In this document: positions 47,779-58,666 of the stretch, one piece after another
Layout of the letters: each line of letters begins with the position of its first letter
How positions within the stretch are numbered: position 1 is the first letter of the stretch
Origin: an uncultured virus (IMG/VR IMGVR_UViG_3300037343_000250)
Lineage: Duplodnaviria; Heunggongvirae; Uroviricota; Caudoviricetes
DNA length: 64,000 nucleotides
IMG/VR virus record: IMGVR_UViG_3300037343_000250
Span: 1-64,000 of that record
Reading direction: 5' to 3' (one strand)
The notes under the pieces: model-generated
The model's database searches: none
What the model was told of the DNA's origin: nothing
The model's input: only the letters and a program-made list of their open reading frames with translations
Position numbers and translations under genes: made by a program

Positions 47779-48169
47779 AATTATTGTATGTGGTGGACGT
47801 GACTATGGTTGGGTGATAAACTCTAATCGCAAGAAAACCATGAATGCACAAGAAGTAAAGTTTATGTTTGATAGATTAGACATTCTGCGACAATCGGTAG
47901 AAGAATTAGGCAGAACACTTATTGTTATCCAAGGTGAAGCTGAGGGCGCGGATTCTTGGGCAAAGAAATGGGCAGAAACTAACGACATTCTAAATATGGG
48001 ATTCTCTGCCGATTGGGATACATATAAAAAAGCTGCGGGCGCAATTCGTAATAAGCAAATGCTGACCGAAGGCAAACCAGATTTGGTAGTTGCTTTTAAA
48101 GGTGGCAAAGGTACATCAAACATGATTGAACAGTCAGAAAAGGCAAAAGTGCCAGTAAGGAAATACTAA
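47762..48169 (+). CDS. YspA/DUF2493 SLOG-family protein
   Basis: IIVCGGRDY; GEAEGAD; ADW..Y.KAAG.IRN.QML; GGKGT..M. Confidence 0.85.
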   Translation: MQKEFRIIVCGGRDYGWVINSNRKKTMNAQEVKFMFDRLDILRQSVEELGRTLIVIQGEAEGADSWAKKWAETNDILNMGFSADWDTYKKAAGAIRNKQMLTEGKPDLVVAFKGGKGTSNMIEQSEKAKVPVRKY

Positions 48170-49789
48170 ATGACAAAAACCTTTACTACAATCTGTTGCA
48201 TATCCTGTTCAAAAGTACTCGATAATTTAAATTACGAAGGACAAGATGGAAAAGCAATTGAAGTACACCCGATGAATGGGTTGCACTTTAGAACTTATGG
48301 ACATTACGGGTCCACTATATTCGATCCAATGGGCACAGGTGAAACACTCGACGTTGCTATTTGTGACGATTGCATCATGGAGAACCTTGATAAAGTTCGC
48401 GGTTCTGGAAAAAGAGGGCTATCATAAAATGGAAAATGGTTGGTTTGATTTGAAAACAGAACCCCCAACAGGAAAAGAATATGCAGTAATTCTTTTCCCT
48501 TGTAAAACCGATTGTGGAGTGTTATACACAATAAGCAATCCGTTTTACGCAAAGAGCGAGTATGCATTGAAGGCTGGATATACTCATTGGTGTAATTTCG
48601 AATTATCACAAGATCATGATAAACTTGTTGCTTGGCAAGATAACTTAAATTAGAGGAATTTAATGTGATTAGAGTAGAATACATCCCAACTTTTATTACG
48701 AGTTCGCCACTGCCAAACGGCGAACAAACTTGTGAGTTTTGCACTTTCGCTGAATTTAAAGCTTGGGTACAATCTTATGTATGTATTCATTGTCTTGTGG
48801 ATTTTACGATGAGCAATAATCGTTCCCCAGAAACACTATCTGAATGGCTTGATATGGGCTGCGGTTGTGAAATTGATATTGAAGATGACACCAACCAAAT
48901 TGATTGGGAATCAAAGATGACACAACCAAGTAATTTAGAAGAAGAGTTATCAATGTTGAATGATGATTTTGGCATAGGCGACCAAGATATTAGCGTTTCC
49001 CTACCAGATGATGTGATTGATATGTTGAAGGATGAATAAGATGACAAAATATCAAAAACCTGCGGAAGGTGTATTAAAAATTGATGCTTCTTGGGGTAAC
49101 TCTTTGGTTTATCATGTTCGATGCGATTGTGGTGACGAATATTGTTCGCATGAAGTTGAAATTGAAGCAGACAAAATGCATATCCAAGTACATACGCACC
49201 TTATCGTACATACCAGATGGTCTGGAAAAAGCCGATGGAAACAAATCTGGCAAATACTCACAAAAGGATATGTAGAAATGCAAAGTACGATTGTGATGAA
49301 AGAGCAAACCGCGTTAAATTATGCTGAAACTATAAAGCTTGCAATAAATCAGAGCAAAAAACTATAATGCAATTTTTTATTAAGATTAAGAAACGCAAAT
49401 TGTTTATCCTATTCAACAGAAATTGGATAAATGTAAATAGCGAAATTATGGCAGGTGGCGGTGGTATTAAAGGATTCTGTATTTTGTTTACAGGTCTTAT
49501 AAAATGCTTTTTTGGTGTACACAGGTTTCACAAGATTTTTTCTGTTAATAGCATGGATTTTAGTAATCAATGTAGATATTGTAGAAGTGAGTTTAAGATG
49601 CGTTATGCGGTAATGATACCTTTTGAAGGTAGTTATATGTATGTAACAAAACTACCTATTGATGCCCATAGCAAAAATATTGAAGTTCATACATATAACA
49701 CACTATATAAAGCTAAAGAAGCAGCACTTATTTGGGGTCCGTTGGCAAAAGTTGTTGAGTATCCAGATACCACAAAGGAAATTATATGA
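48170..49789 (+). other. run of small hypothetical ORFs (48170-48427, about 48429-48653, 48665-49039, 49032-49367, 49367-49789)
   Basis: tightly packed + strand ORFs, several Cys-rich. Confidence 0.6.
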
Positions 49790-50601
49790 GAATTAATTAT
49801 TGGAGTTGTAGTAAGTTTGCCGATAAAATTCGCGGCACTGAAAAAATTGAGTCTGGCACTGCCGATGAATGGGCATCTTGGGATAGAAATGCAAAAAACT
49901 TTAACAAATTTAGATTTTGGGTTGCCGAAGAAGCCCTTGATGGTATTCAAAATTTCGTAAATTGGCCCAAAGATAAGATTTATGCAGTAAAATATTATGT
50001 CGTGAATCGTTGGGTTGATGAGACACACGCTCTTGTTGCGCACAAAAAACATATCAAACGGGGGCAATATCTAGATTTTGATAGCAGGATTTTGATATGC
50101 TTATTTGATGAGCTCGTAGATTTTGTAGAAATCGAAATGGCATATTCTTATCATCGCTGGGACGAAGAAAAAATAAAGAAATTGTCTTGGTGGCAAGGTG
50201 GAATGTGGCGTACTAGAACATGGCGCAGTTCGGAATTTGGAATTAAGCATCTTCAATGGTCAATGTCATTAACTAACGAAGATTGGCTTGAAGATGATAA
50301 AAAGCAAGAAGCAGCCCCTACTTCACAGGCGATAAATGCTAAAGAAATACTACATCTTTACACATGGTGGACTGAAACATACCCTAATCGCCCAGAAGCG
50401 TATGATTTGAGTGGTTGGAGTGCATATTGTGACGACAAGAGATCTAGGGGTGTAGGATTTCTGGAAACGGACCCTAACGAAGACCATGAAAAAACTGGTA
50501 TTATGCTTGAAAATATCAATTCAATCGAAAAATCATATGAAGATGAAGATACAGAAATGTTAATTCGTCTCATTAAAATTAGAAGGTCATTGTGGACATG
50601 A
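49786..50601 (+). CDS. Trp-rich conserved-type phage hypothetical protein
   Basis: long ORF with AAGGA SD; F.ELVDFVE.E and MLIRLIKIR..LWT. Confidence 0.75.
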   Translation: MRINYWSCSKFADKIRGTEKIESGTADEWASWDRNAKNFNKFRFWVAEEALDGIQNFVNWPKDKIYAVKYYVVNRWVDETHALVAHKKHIKRGQYLDFDSRILICLFDELVDFVEIEMAYSYHRWDEEKIKKLSWWQGGMWRTRTWRSSEFGIKHLQWSMSLTNEDWLEDDKKQEAAPTSQAINAKEILHLYTWWTETYPNRPEAYDLSGWSAYCDDKRSRGVGFLETDPNEDHEKTGIMLENINSIEKSYEDEDTEMLIRLIKIRRSLWT

Positions 50602-51005
50602 AAATATTTTGGTTTGCCCTTGGGGTACTATTACTTGGAATTGCATATTTGGGTGTTATTCTACCTGGGATTCCTTGGAGTACCCCTGCGGTGGGCGCAG
50701 CATATTGTTTTGCAAAATCCAGCACTAGGATGCATAAATGGATTTACAGCCATAAATTGTTCGGTCCTTTCTTGATTGGATGGCAAGAAAAAAGAATCTT
50801 CCCATTGAAATTCAAGTTTTTTATGGTAGGAACAATGTCAACTTCACTATTATTTCTGTGGTTTACTACAGGTAATGTATTTGCAGTAATGGGGTCTGGT
50901 GGGTTTATGTTGTTGGTCGGTATTTGGAGTTGGAGATACCCAAGTTCAGATGATGAATACCAAAAAAGAGTAAAAAATCAAAAACGTATAGGATGGTTAA
51001 AGTAA
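50598..51005 (+). CDS. ybaN: YbaN/DUF454 inner-membrane protein
   Basis: GVILPGIP.STP....AYCFAKSS.R.H.W...H.LFGP....W. Confidence 0.82.
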   Translation: MKIFWFALGVLLLGIAYLGVILPGIPWSTPAVGAAYCFAKSSTRMHKWIYSHKLFGPFLIGWQEKRIFPLKFKFFMVGTMSTSLLFLWFTTGNVFAVMGSGGFMLLVGIWSWRYPSSDDEYQKRVKNQKRIGWLK

Positions 51006-51130
51006 ATAAAAATCATACACTAAATACAGGTGTTGTGACATCAAACCACCTTCACTTTTGATGTTACATAAAAGCCCATACTACTAATAATCAGTGGATC
51101 ACATATCCGCGTAGAATTGAAGGAAAAATA

Positions 51131-51739
51131 ATGAATAAAAAAGCATCAAAATTTGACTTGGCTGATATTTTTGGCAAGCAGACCAAACAAGATGATAAAA
51201 GTTTTTGCAAGCCTATTATGCATATACATGAATTTTACCTAAGTGGTGTCATAGAAACCGCAGATGAATACATCCCATGGTTTGACACAATTCGCCATGC
51301 TGGTTCTAATGATGCAATAAAAATATACATAAATTCGTATGGTGGTGATATGAATACCGCAATTCAAATGTTGAGAGTTATCAACGAGACAGAAGCAACA
51401 GTAATTGCATCTATCGAAGGCGCATGTATGTCAGCAGCTACTATGATATTGTTGGCGGCAGACAATGTTGAGGTTTCGCCACACTCACAAATTATGTTTC
51501 ACAACTATTCAGGCGGCACTATCGGCAAGGGCAGTGATATGCATTCGCAAATAGAGTTTGAAAGAAAATGGTCTATCAAACTAATGAATGATGTATATCA
51601 GGGGTTTCTATCAAAAGATGAAATCCAAAAACTTATAGACGGTAGTGATATATGGATGGATGGCGATGAAGTTGTCAAGCGTCTTGAAGCAAAAAACAAG
51701 AAAGATAAACCAAAGTCCAAGAAAAAATCAGAAGAATAA
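51131..51739 (+). CDS. ClpP-like protease
   Basis: IYINSYGG; GACMSAAT (Ser); MFHN (His); DIWM. Confidence 0.85.
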   Translation: MNKKASKFDLADIFGKQTKQDDKSFCKPIMHIHEFYLSGVIETADEYIPWFDTIRHAGSNDAIKIYINSYGGDMNTAIQMLRVINETEATVIASIEGACMSAATMILLAADNVEVSPHSQIMFHNYSGGTIGKGSDMHSQIEFERKWSIKLMNDVYQGFLSKDEIQKLIDGSDIWMDGDEVVKRLEAKNKKDKPKSKKKSEE

Positions 51740-51875
51740 ACTACAATTTTGATATGTTGTTTGTGTTAGTAGAATTAAATTCCAACCTAGCACAAACAAC
51801 AACAAAAGATGTATATCCCCTATTGACAAGCCTCCCAAATTATCATATAACATAGATAAAGAAAAGGAGATATCA

Positions 51876-52464
51876 ATGCGTATCACTGCTGAAAATATGA
51901 CTTCTATCGCAATCGGAACCAAAGTTGTTATGATCTGGGGTGCATACTACCCAACAGAAGAAGGTCTCGTAGTTGATTACAAAATTATGCCACCTTCAAA
52001 ATTCTTTCCGGCCAAATATATGGTTGTTGTAGAAGGTGATAATGGCCGAATCCATGACACAACAGAATTTGTAAGTTCTGGAGTCGGAATTTATCTCGAA
52101 AGTGTTTATATGCAACCCAGAAGCTACTAAGGAAAACAAAATGGCCGAAAATGATTTGATTGTAGGTATAAATCCACTAGTAATTTCTTCTATTGGCTAT
52201 ATTAGAGGTCATAGAAGCGGAAAGCACCCTAGAAAATTGAGGTTGCTGGGAAATAAGAATCCAATACGAAAGTTTTTTGGTTTTTACGAACAGTCAATTT
52301 TTGATATGTGGTGGCATCCTTCTATAAAAATTCATGGTTCTGATGGCAGCACAATCGCAAGTATTTCATGTAAGAGTAATGAACAAGCAAAAATTCGTTC
52401 AAAAGAACTTAATAAAAAGCTCGATGATTATGTCTTTTCTTTAAAGCAAAATAATACAAATTAA
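51876..52464 (+). other. two early hypothetical ORFs (51876-52130, about 52141-52464)
   Basis: early promoter at 51823; SD sequences. Confidence 0.6.
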
Positions 52465-52728
52465 GAGTTGACACGCCATAAAATTTAGCACATCATTATA
52501 ATGAAATAACAAGGATAATAAAAATGAAATGTTTTTTTGCTGATAATATAATCATCAATATGAATACAATTTGTGCTCTTGATATCAAAAATGGTATTGT
52601 CACAATGATTGGTGGACATACTGTGGCCCTGACTATCAGAGAAACAAAAAATCTTGTTGATGTTCTGACAGAAGTGCATCGTAGAGAATGCATTTAAAAT
52701 TGACTGGTGTGTGTAAGGAGAATTTAAA

Positions 52729-53271
52729 ATGACAAACCCAATTTGCACCGTGATGGTTGGTATGCCCGCGATGGGGAAGTCTACACAAGTTGATCTATTG
52801 AAAAAAATAGACCCAGATATTTTTGTATACAGTACAGATAACTTCATCGAAGAAGCTGCCCTGCAATTCAATCTTACTTATGATGAAGCGTTCGAAGCAA
52901 ATATTAAAAATGCAACTTCGTCAATGAACGCACTTCTTGATATTGCTGCGCAAAACAAACAAAATGTTATCTGGGACCAAACAAATTTAGGACTTGCCAA
53001 ACGCAAAAAAATCATAAATCGTATGAAACAGGCGAATTATGATATTCACTGTCATTGCATTGTTCCACCAGAAGTCAAAGACGTTGACAATTTACATGCT
53101 TGGAAATCTCGCCTATTAAATCGGATTGGCAAAACTATCCCCATTAACATATTGACAAGCATGTATAATTCTTATATTATTCCATCTATTGATGAAGGGT
53201 TTGATATGATTACTTTTGTCGATATGAATGGAACATTATTGTCTACAAATCATATCGAGTTGCCTTTATGA
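52729..53271 (+). CDS. P-loop kinase, polynucleotide-kinase (AAA_33)-like
   Basis: VGMPAMGKST; YSTD; VIWDQTNL...R; IP...L..M. Confidence 0.8.
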   Translation: MTNPICTVMVGMPAMGKSTQVDLLKKIDPDIFVYSTDNFIEEAALQFNLTYDEAFEANIKNATSSMNALLDIAAQNKQNVIWDQTNLGLAKRKKIINRMKQANYDIHCHCIVPPEVKDVDNLHAWKSRLLNRIGKTIPINILTSMYNSYIIPSIDEGFDMITFVDMNGTLLSTNHIELPL

Positions 53272-53588
53272 TGTACAATCCTGATAATTGGGTTGTTGTA
53301 TATTTTAAAACCGAAAATCCACACTATAGGGTGGTAGCTGGATGGAGTGGTGGATACACAACAGGCAATAGTTGGAAAATGAGCTCTGGGATTGTTGGTG
53401 TTACAATAAACGAAGATAAGTTTACCTTTACTGGTTACAGTGGTTCTACATACTTATGCCACAAAGACTCATACTGTTTTCGATTGAATAATGCACACGT
53501 TTGGGATATGCTTGTAAAAAAACATGGCGATAATGTAGAAATTGTAGATGAATTTGTTGATTGGAAAAACATGGATTGGATTATATAA
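53268..53588 (+). CDS. hypothetical protein, paralog of ORF 60627
   Basis: PDNWV...HYRV..GWSGGY..G.SW..SGI. Confidence 0.75.
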   Translation: MMYNPDNWVVVYFKTENPHYRVVAGWSGGYTTGNSWKMSSGIVGVTINEDKFTFTGYSGSTYLCHKDSYCFRLNNAHVWDMLVKKHGDNVEIVDEFVDWKNMDWII

Positions 53589-53673
53589 TGTGGAGTAAAA
53601 TACAAAATTAGTGCTTGCGCGGTACTACCATAAATGCTATAACTAACACACAGGTAAAACACAGGAGACGAAA

Positions 53674-53973
53674 GTGGGACGCATTATTACTCCAACCTAC
53701 CGCGCCGAATACAGAGACCAAGCTGGATGGCATGTGATTGCGTGGAATGTCCGAGGCGGCGTCAACAGCACGGCGAACGGTGCACCGACTGATAAAAACG
53801 CAGAGATCATGCGCCGCAATCTGAACGCCAGCTTTGAGCAGAACGGCTGTAACTATCACGCGTCGGTTGCAGCAGGATACCTCATCCATGTTAGTCAGGT
53901 TCGCCTAATCCATCAAGCAACAGGCCAACAAGTTGCCAATATCGCCGCGCCCATGTTCGAAATTTTTAACTAG
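53674..53973 (+). CDS. GC-rich hypothetical early protein
   Basis: AGGAG SD with GTG start; visibly higher GC than flanks. Confidence 0.7.
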   Translation: MGRIITPTYRAEYRDQAGWHVIAWNVRGGVNSTANGAPTDKNAEIMRRNLNASFEQNGCNYHASVAAGYLIHVSQVRLIHQATGQQVANIAAPMFEIFN

Positions 53974-54922
53974 TTATATGTGAAATACATGTTGACTTAC
54001 TGGATGGAAAAAAGAAACCCCTTGGGGGTGTAGACTTTCATTAGAAGAAGAAGAGTGGTATTGTGATGATTGTCCTGTACAAGAACAATGCCCAGCTCAA
54101 AAACATTGGAGTAAATAATATGAAAAATGATCTATTTGGTGATCGTATGAAAGAGTACGAAAAGGTATATACATCAGCAAGAATTTCACAACCAGACATC
54201 TTATGTGTTAGGATAGATGGAAAGCGATTTAGTAAGTTCACCAAAGGTTTTATCAAACCCTTTGACATTAATCTTAATAGGGTTATGGTAGATACAACTA
54301 TGCAAATTGCAACAGAAACAAATGCAAAATTTGCGTATACACAGTCAGATGAGATCACTTTGATCTACTCAATGGATAACCCAGAAGCAGAATATATTTT
54401 TGGCGGCAAAGTATCTAAAATAAACTCTATACTTGCATCTATGACTACTGCATATTTTAACGCAGAAATACTAAAAGTTGCCCCTACACAAATGGCAGGC
54501 AATGGCTATGCATTCTTTGATTGTAGATCCTTTGCGGTCCCATCTTTAATCGAAGCTTCTAATGTAATTTTGTGGCGTGTTCAAGATGCAAAGAAAAATA
54601 GTATCTCATCGCTGTTCAGATGGACAGCGGGGCATAAAAAAATGCAAAATTTATCTGGAAAGGATATGATTAGAGTTTTGGAGAAAGATTTTACTGTTGT
54701 ATGGGATAATTTGCCCAATGCTCAAAAATACGGGACATACATCAAACCTGTGTCCCATGATATCTGTATAACACCCAAAAAACTATATAATGGCACGAAT
54801 AAAATCCAAACTGTCAAAAGAAAAAAATACGAAGAAATTGATTTGGGGTATTTCGGTGGGTATTCACTCGAAGAAAGAGTAGAACTTTTAACTAGTCATA
54901 TGTGAAATACATGTTGACTTAC
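53964..54922 (+). repeat. 37-bp direct repeat (53964-54000 and 54886-54922) flanking the Thg1-like gene
   Basis: TTTTAACTAGT(T/C)ATATGTGAAATACATGTTGACTTAC, one mismatch. Confidence 0.9.
54120..54905 (+). CDS. Thg1-like (tRNA-His guanylyltransferase-like) 3'-5' polymerase
   Basis: RMKEYE; RIDGKRFSKFT; YTQSDEI; FDCR; WR.QDA.KNS. Confidence 0.9.
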   Translation: MKNDLFGDRMKEYEKVYTSARISQPDILCVRIDGKRFSKFTKGFIKPFDINLNRVMVDTTMQIATETNAKFAYTQSDEITLIYSMDNPEAEYIFGGKVSKINSILASMTTAYFNAEILKVAPTQMAGNGYAFFDCRSFAVPSLIEASNVILWRVQDAKKNSISSLFRWTAGHKKMQNLSGKDMIRVLEKDFTVVWDNLPNAQKYGTYIKPVSHDICITPKKLYNGTNKIQTVKRKKYEEIDLGYFGGYSLEERVELLTSHM

Positions 54923-55554
54923 ACCCATTTTAGATATATAAAGTAATTCTAATGACAAATAAAGGAACACACCATGAAACTAACTTTTGGAATACTGCTT
55001 ATCGTTTTTGTTGCGGTTATGCCGCTTGTATTGATCTGGGCAGTTAATACCCTATTCCCAGTTGCTGCTATCCCGTTCGTATTTGAGACTTGGTTGGCCG
55101 CGCTTGTAATCGGCGGCATGTTTAGTAAAAACACGGCTGGTAAATAACAGGCTGACACTGCCCTATTGTGATGCTATTGTTAAACAGTAGGGCGAAAACA
55201 TATCAAAGGAAAACACGCTATGACATACTTTCTGATTATACTTATTACACCTATTATTGCACTTGCAGTAGGTTATTTTTATGGACACGACAATACCGAG
55301 CCAGTTTTTGACTTGCAAAATGAGAAAGATATCTGACATGTTTAATTTTTTACTTTTGTTGTTTGTCGTTTTTAGTATTGGCATGGCGGCTTTCACTTTT
55401 TCAAAATGTGGTTCGCGTACATTGATGCTAGGAAATGGCGGTGCTTATGCAGCATTTAGTGGTATGTGCGACAATTAAAACTAAATTGGTGCTTGACAGG
55501 ATACGGATTAATTGATAATCTGTATTCATAAGGTAACACAAAAAGGAACGAAAC

Positions 55555-55896
55555 ATGTCTTACATCTCAAAAGAAATGAAGTCTGTCCGTATGCCAAACA
55601 TCAAAGCCGTACTGAAAAAGTATGACATGAAAGGTACTGTTTCTATACCTAACAATTCTAAGATAGTCGTTACACTTACTTCAGGTAAGGTTAATATTGG
55701 CGAAAATGTAAATGTTTACAACATTGATTATAACTTTAAAGGTGTTGCAAAAGACTTTTTGAACGAACTTGTTGCCGCAATGAAAGGCAGCGATTGGTAT
55801 GATAATTCCGAAGTCAATAGCGATTACTTTGATGTCGCATTTTATTACGGTATTGATGTAGGTAGGTGGCCTAAGAAATTCGTACTTACAGAGTAA
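55555..55896 (+). CDS. hypothetical early protein
   Basis: promoter at 55493; WYDNS...DYFD..FY..I.VG.W motif. Confidence 0.75.
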   Translation: MSYISKEMKSVRMPNIKAVLKKYDMKGTVSIPNNSKIVVTLTSGKVNIGENVNVYNIDYNFKGVAKDFLNELVAAMKGSDWYDNSEVNSDYFDVAFYYGIDVGRWPKKFVLTE

Positions 55897-55924
55897 TTTT
55901 AACATGAAATTAATGAGGGCTTGA

Positions 55925-57922
55925 ATGTCAAACTTCCTAACGTTTTCTAAACTGGTGCGCAAACAATTTGATATGATGTCAAAAGGCGAGCTATTTACCA
56001 CAGATATTGATACAGATGTTCTTTGGAATGCTTATCTAGGAGCATTTCCACAAGGTACTGATCCTATTTTTAAAGAGCGCACAGAACATGATTGTAACTG
56101 CTGCAAACAATTTATTGCCAATATTGCAAATGCAGTATCTATTAAAGATGGTGTAATGACAACAGTTTGGGATGCCGCTATTGTAGATGCACCTCATCCA
56201 TATGACGTAGTATCTGCGACAATGGCAGAAATTGTTCGGTCAAGCAATGTGAAAAATATTTTTCGCAAATCCGAAGCACGTTATGGTCAAGAAGTAAGCT
56301 ACCAACAAATTGAGAATAATGATGTGAAACAGTGGCATCATTTTGAAGCAGAACTAAAATGCAAATTTGTTTCTGCTGAAGGCCCAACTCTCATGTCAGT
56401 CGCAAAATCAAATGTGCATGTTTTTCAGCGTGGGTTAGACGAGCTAAGTATGTCTGCAATTGATTCTGTATTGGATCTTATCAAATCTAACAGCATCTAT
56501 CGTGGGCAAGAGTTTCAATCCATCATGGAACAGTTTAAACATTTTAAAGAGCAGTACGGAAAGCTTAATTCAGACCAATCTAAAAATTCATATGTATGGG
56601 AACACTTTTCTAATTTTGCATCCCGTCTTCGCAACACTGTAATTGGTTCGCTGGTTCAAGATTTGACAGAAGGCGTTGATTTAGAACAGGCTGTGCGGAT
56701 GTACGAGTCGAAAGTGGCACCTGACACTTATAAGCGTACTACATCACTTATCACGCCAAATATGATCAAAGAAGCAATGAAAACTGTTGATGATTTGGGC
56801 ATTGGTGAAAGCCTAAAGCGTCGTTTTGCGAATCTATCTGATATCAGCGTAAACGATGTTTTGTTTGTAGATACGAAGGCTCGTGATCAGATGAAAGATG
56901 GCGGGATTGCGGATCTTCTAATGAAAGAAGTAAAACCACAGAAAAAAGCTACACAACATAAAATTGAAATTGGCATTTCAGAATTTATCAACACTGTAAT
57001 TCCACGTTCCGAATCTATGGAATTGCTGTTGAAAAATGAATTGTCGGAAAATCTTATGAGTTTGACAGCACCTATCAATGAAGATGCACAAAACATTTTT
57101 AAATGGGATAACAACCTATCTTGGTCATATAATGGTAATGTTGCTGATTCTATCAAAGAAAAGGTGAAGCGCGCGGGGGGTAATGTAGATGCTCAGATGC
57201 GCGTAAGCCTGAATTGGTTTAATACAGATGATTTGGATATCTATGTAACTGAACCAAATGGCAATCGCATTTATTTTAGTAACAAATCAAATAAGCTTGA
57301 TGTTGATATGAATGTCAGTAATCCTGTTTGTGATGCGGTGGAGAACGTTCGGTGGTTGACTACGCCTAGTGATGGGTGTTATAGTGTTATGGTCAATAAT
57401 TTTACCAAACGGGAATCTATTGATGTGGGATTCAATCTTGAAGTAGAATCACATGGTAAGATTTATGAGTTTTCTTATCCTAAAGGGGTACAAGGTAATG
57501 TAAAATCTATCGAGATTTATGTTAAGAATGGTGAAATTGTTTCAATTGATAAGCATTCCGGCATCCAAGAAAATTCTGCGTGCAGAGAAATTTGGAATTT
57601 GAAAACAGAAACATTCGTAAAAGTCAATACTATTGCTACCAGCCCAAACTATATGGATGAAAATGGTTCGGGGAATAAGCACTGGTTTTTTGTGCTTGAT
57701 GATTGTATCAATCCAGATGAGACAAGAGGATTCTACAACGAACAATTGCGCACCGACCTAACAAAACATCGCAAAGTGTTTGAAATCCTTGCAGACAAAC
57801 TAAAATGCGAGTATACTACAAAGCAGATGAGCGGCGTCGGTTTTTCTTCTACCAAAAAGAATTCTGTTGTTGTTCATGCTAAAGGCGAAAAACTTAATCA
57901 ACTCTATAAAATAAACTTTTGA
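55925..57922 (+). CDS. large conserved-type phage protein with a YfaP/DUF2135-like segment
   Basis: HDCNCC; SL.W.N.DDLD..V.EP.G.RIYF...LDVD.N...VENV. Confidence 0.65.
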   Translation: MSNFLTFSKLVRKQFDMMSKGELFTTDIDTDVLWNAYLGAFPQGTDPIFKERTEHDCNCCKQFIANIANAVSIKDGVMTTVWDAAIVDAPHPYDVVSATMAEIVRSSNVKNIFRKSEARYGQEVSYQQIENNDVKQWHHFEAELKCKFVSAEGPTLMSVAKSNVHVFQRGLDELSMSAIDSVLDLIKSNSIYRGQEFQSIMEQFKHFKEQYGKLNSDQSKNSYVWEHFSNFASRLRNTVIGSLVQDLTEGVDLEQAVRMYESKVAPDTYKRTTSLITPNMIKEAMKTVDDLGIGESLKRRFANLSDISVNDVLFVDTKARDQMKDGGIADLLMKEVKPQKKATQHKIEIGISEFINTVIPRSESMELLLKNELSENLMSLTAPINEDAQNIFKWDNNLSWSYNGNVADSIKEKVKRAGGNVDAQMRVSLNWFNTDDLDIYVTEPNGNRIYFSNKSNKLDVDMNVSNPVCDAVENVRWLTTPSDGCYSVMVNNFTKRESIDVGFNLEVESHGKIYEFSYPKGVQGNVKSIEIYVKNGEIVSIDKHSGIQENSACREIWNLKTETFVKVNTIATSPNYMDENGSGNKHWFFVLDDCINPDETRGFYNEQLRTDLTKHRKVFEILADKLKCEYTTKQMSGVGFSSTKKNSVVVHAKGEKLNQLYKINF

Positions 57923-57933
57923 AGGGAAATAAT

Positions 57934-58332
57934 ATGAATATTTTTGAAAATGCTACACGTCGTAAATTCGGGTTCACTTCAGTTGTGGGGGTTCTTACTG
58001 TGACAGAATTGTGGGATTTGCCGCTTACATCTGCGCGCGGCGCAAACTTAAATGATGTTGCAAAGGCTATCAATCGTGATTTGAAAATGCAAGAAGAAGA
58101 TACTTTTGTCTCAACTTCTGTAAACACCAAACGTGCAGTAGACGAACAGAAGCTCGAATTGGTCAAATATATCATTGCTGTAAAGCAACAAGAAAACGCC
58201 CAACGTATTGAATCTGCCGAAAAAGCAAAACGTAAAGAGCAATTGCTTACACTTTTGGCAAAAAGGAAAGATCAAATTCTGGAAAATAAGACACTGGAAG
58301 AAATTCAGGCAGAATTGGCTACATTGGACTGA
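57934..58332 (+). CDS. coiled-coil phage hypothetical protein
   Basis: FE.ATR.K..F....G.L....LWDLPL; followed by hairpin 58338-58362. Confidence 0.75.
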   Translation: MNIFENATRRKFGFTSVVGVLTVTELWDLPLTSARGANLNDVAKAINRDLKMQEEDTFVSTSVNTKRAVDEQKLELVKYIIAVKQQENAQRIESAEKAKRKEQLLTLLAKRKDQILENKTLEEIQAELATLD

Positions 58333-58390
58333 TTATAGGGGCAGACTAAATTAGTCTGCCCCACCACCAACCGCAACAAAGGACATAATT

Positions 58391-58666
58391 ATGGAAAAGA
58401 AAAAAATTAGCATTGTAATTTCCGGTGCTACTGGGGCCGGAAAATCCACAGTTGCCGCCTATATTATGAAGGCATTTAGTGATGCTAAAGTAGAAGTCAA
58501 ATTTCTAGACGAAGATCTTTCTTCTATCGAGCACAAAAATCTATTTGCCGAGCAAAGTAGACTAGAAGCAGTACTTTCCAATGTTGCTATATCACTAGAG
58601 ACAAAACAGTTAAAACTAATTGGCTGTGTTAGAGGGTTCTGCATTGCCAAGGATGTAATTGAATGA
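58391..58666 (+). CDS. small P-loop protein
   Basis: ISGATGAGKST. Confidence 0.6.
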   Translation: MEKKKISIVISGATGAGKSTVAAYIMKAFSDAKVEVKFLDEDLSSIEHKNLFAEQSRLEAVLSNVAISLETKQLKLIGCVRGFCIAKDVIE

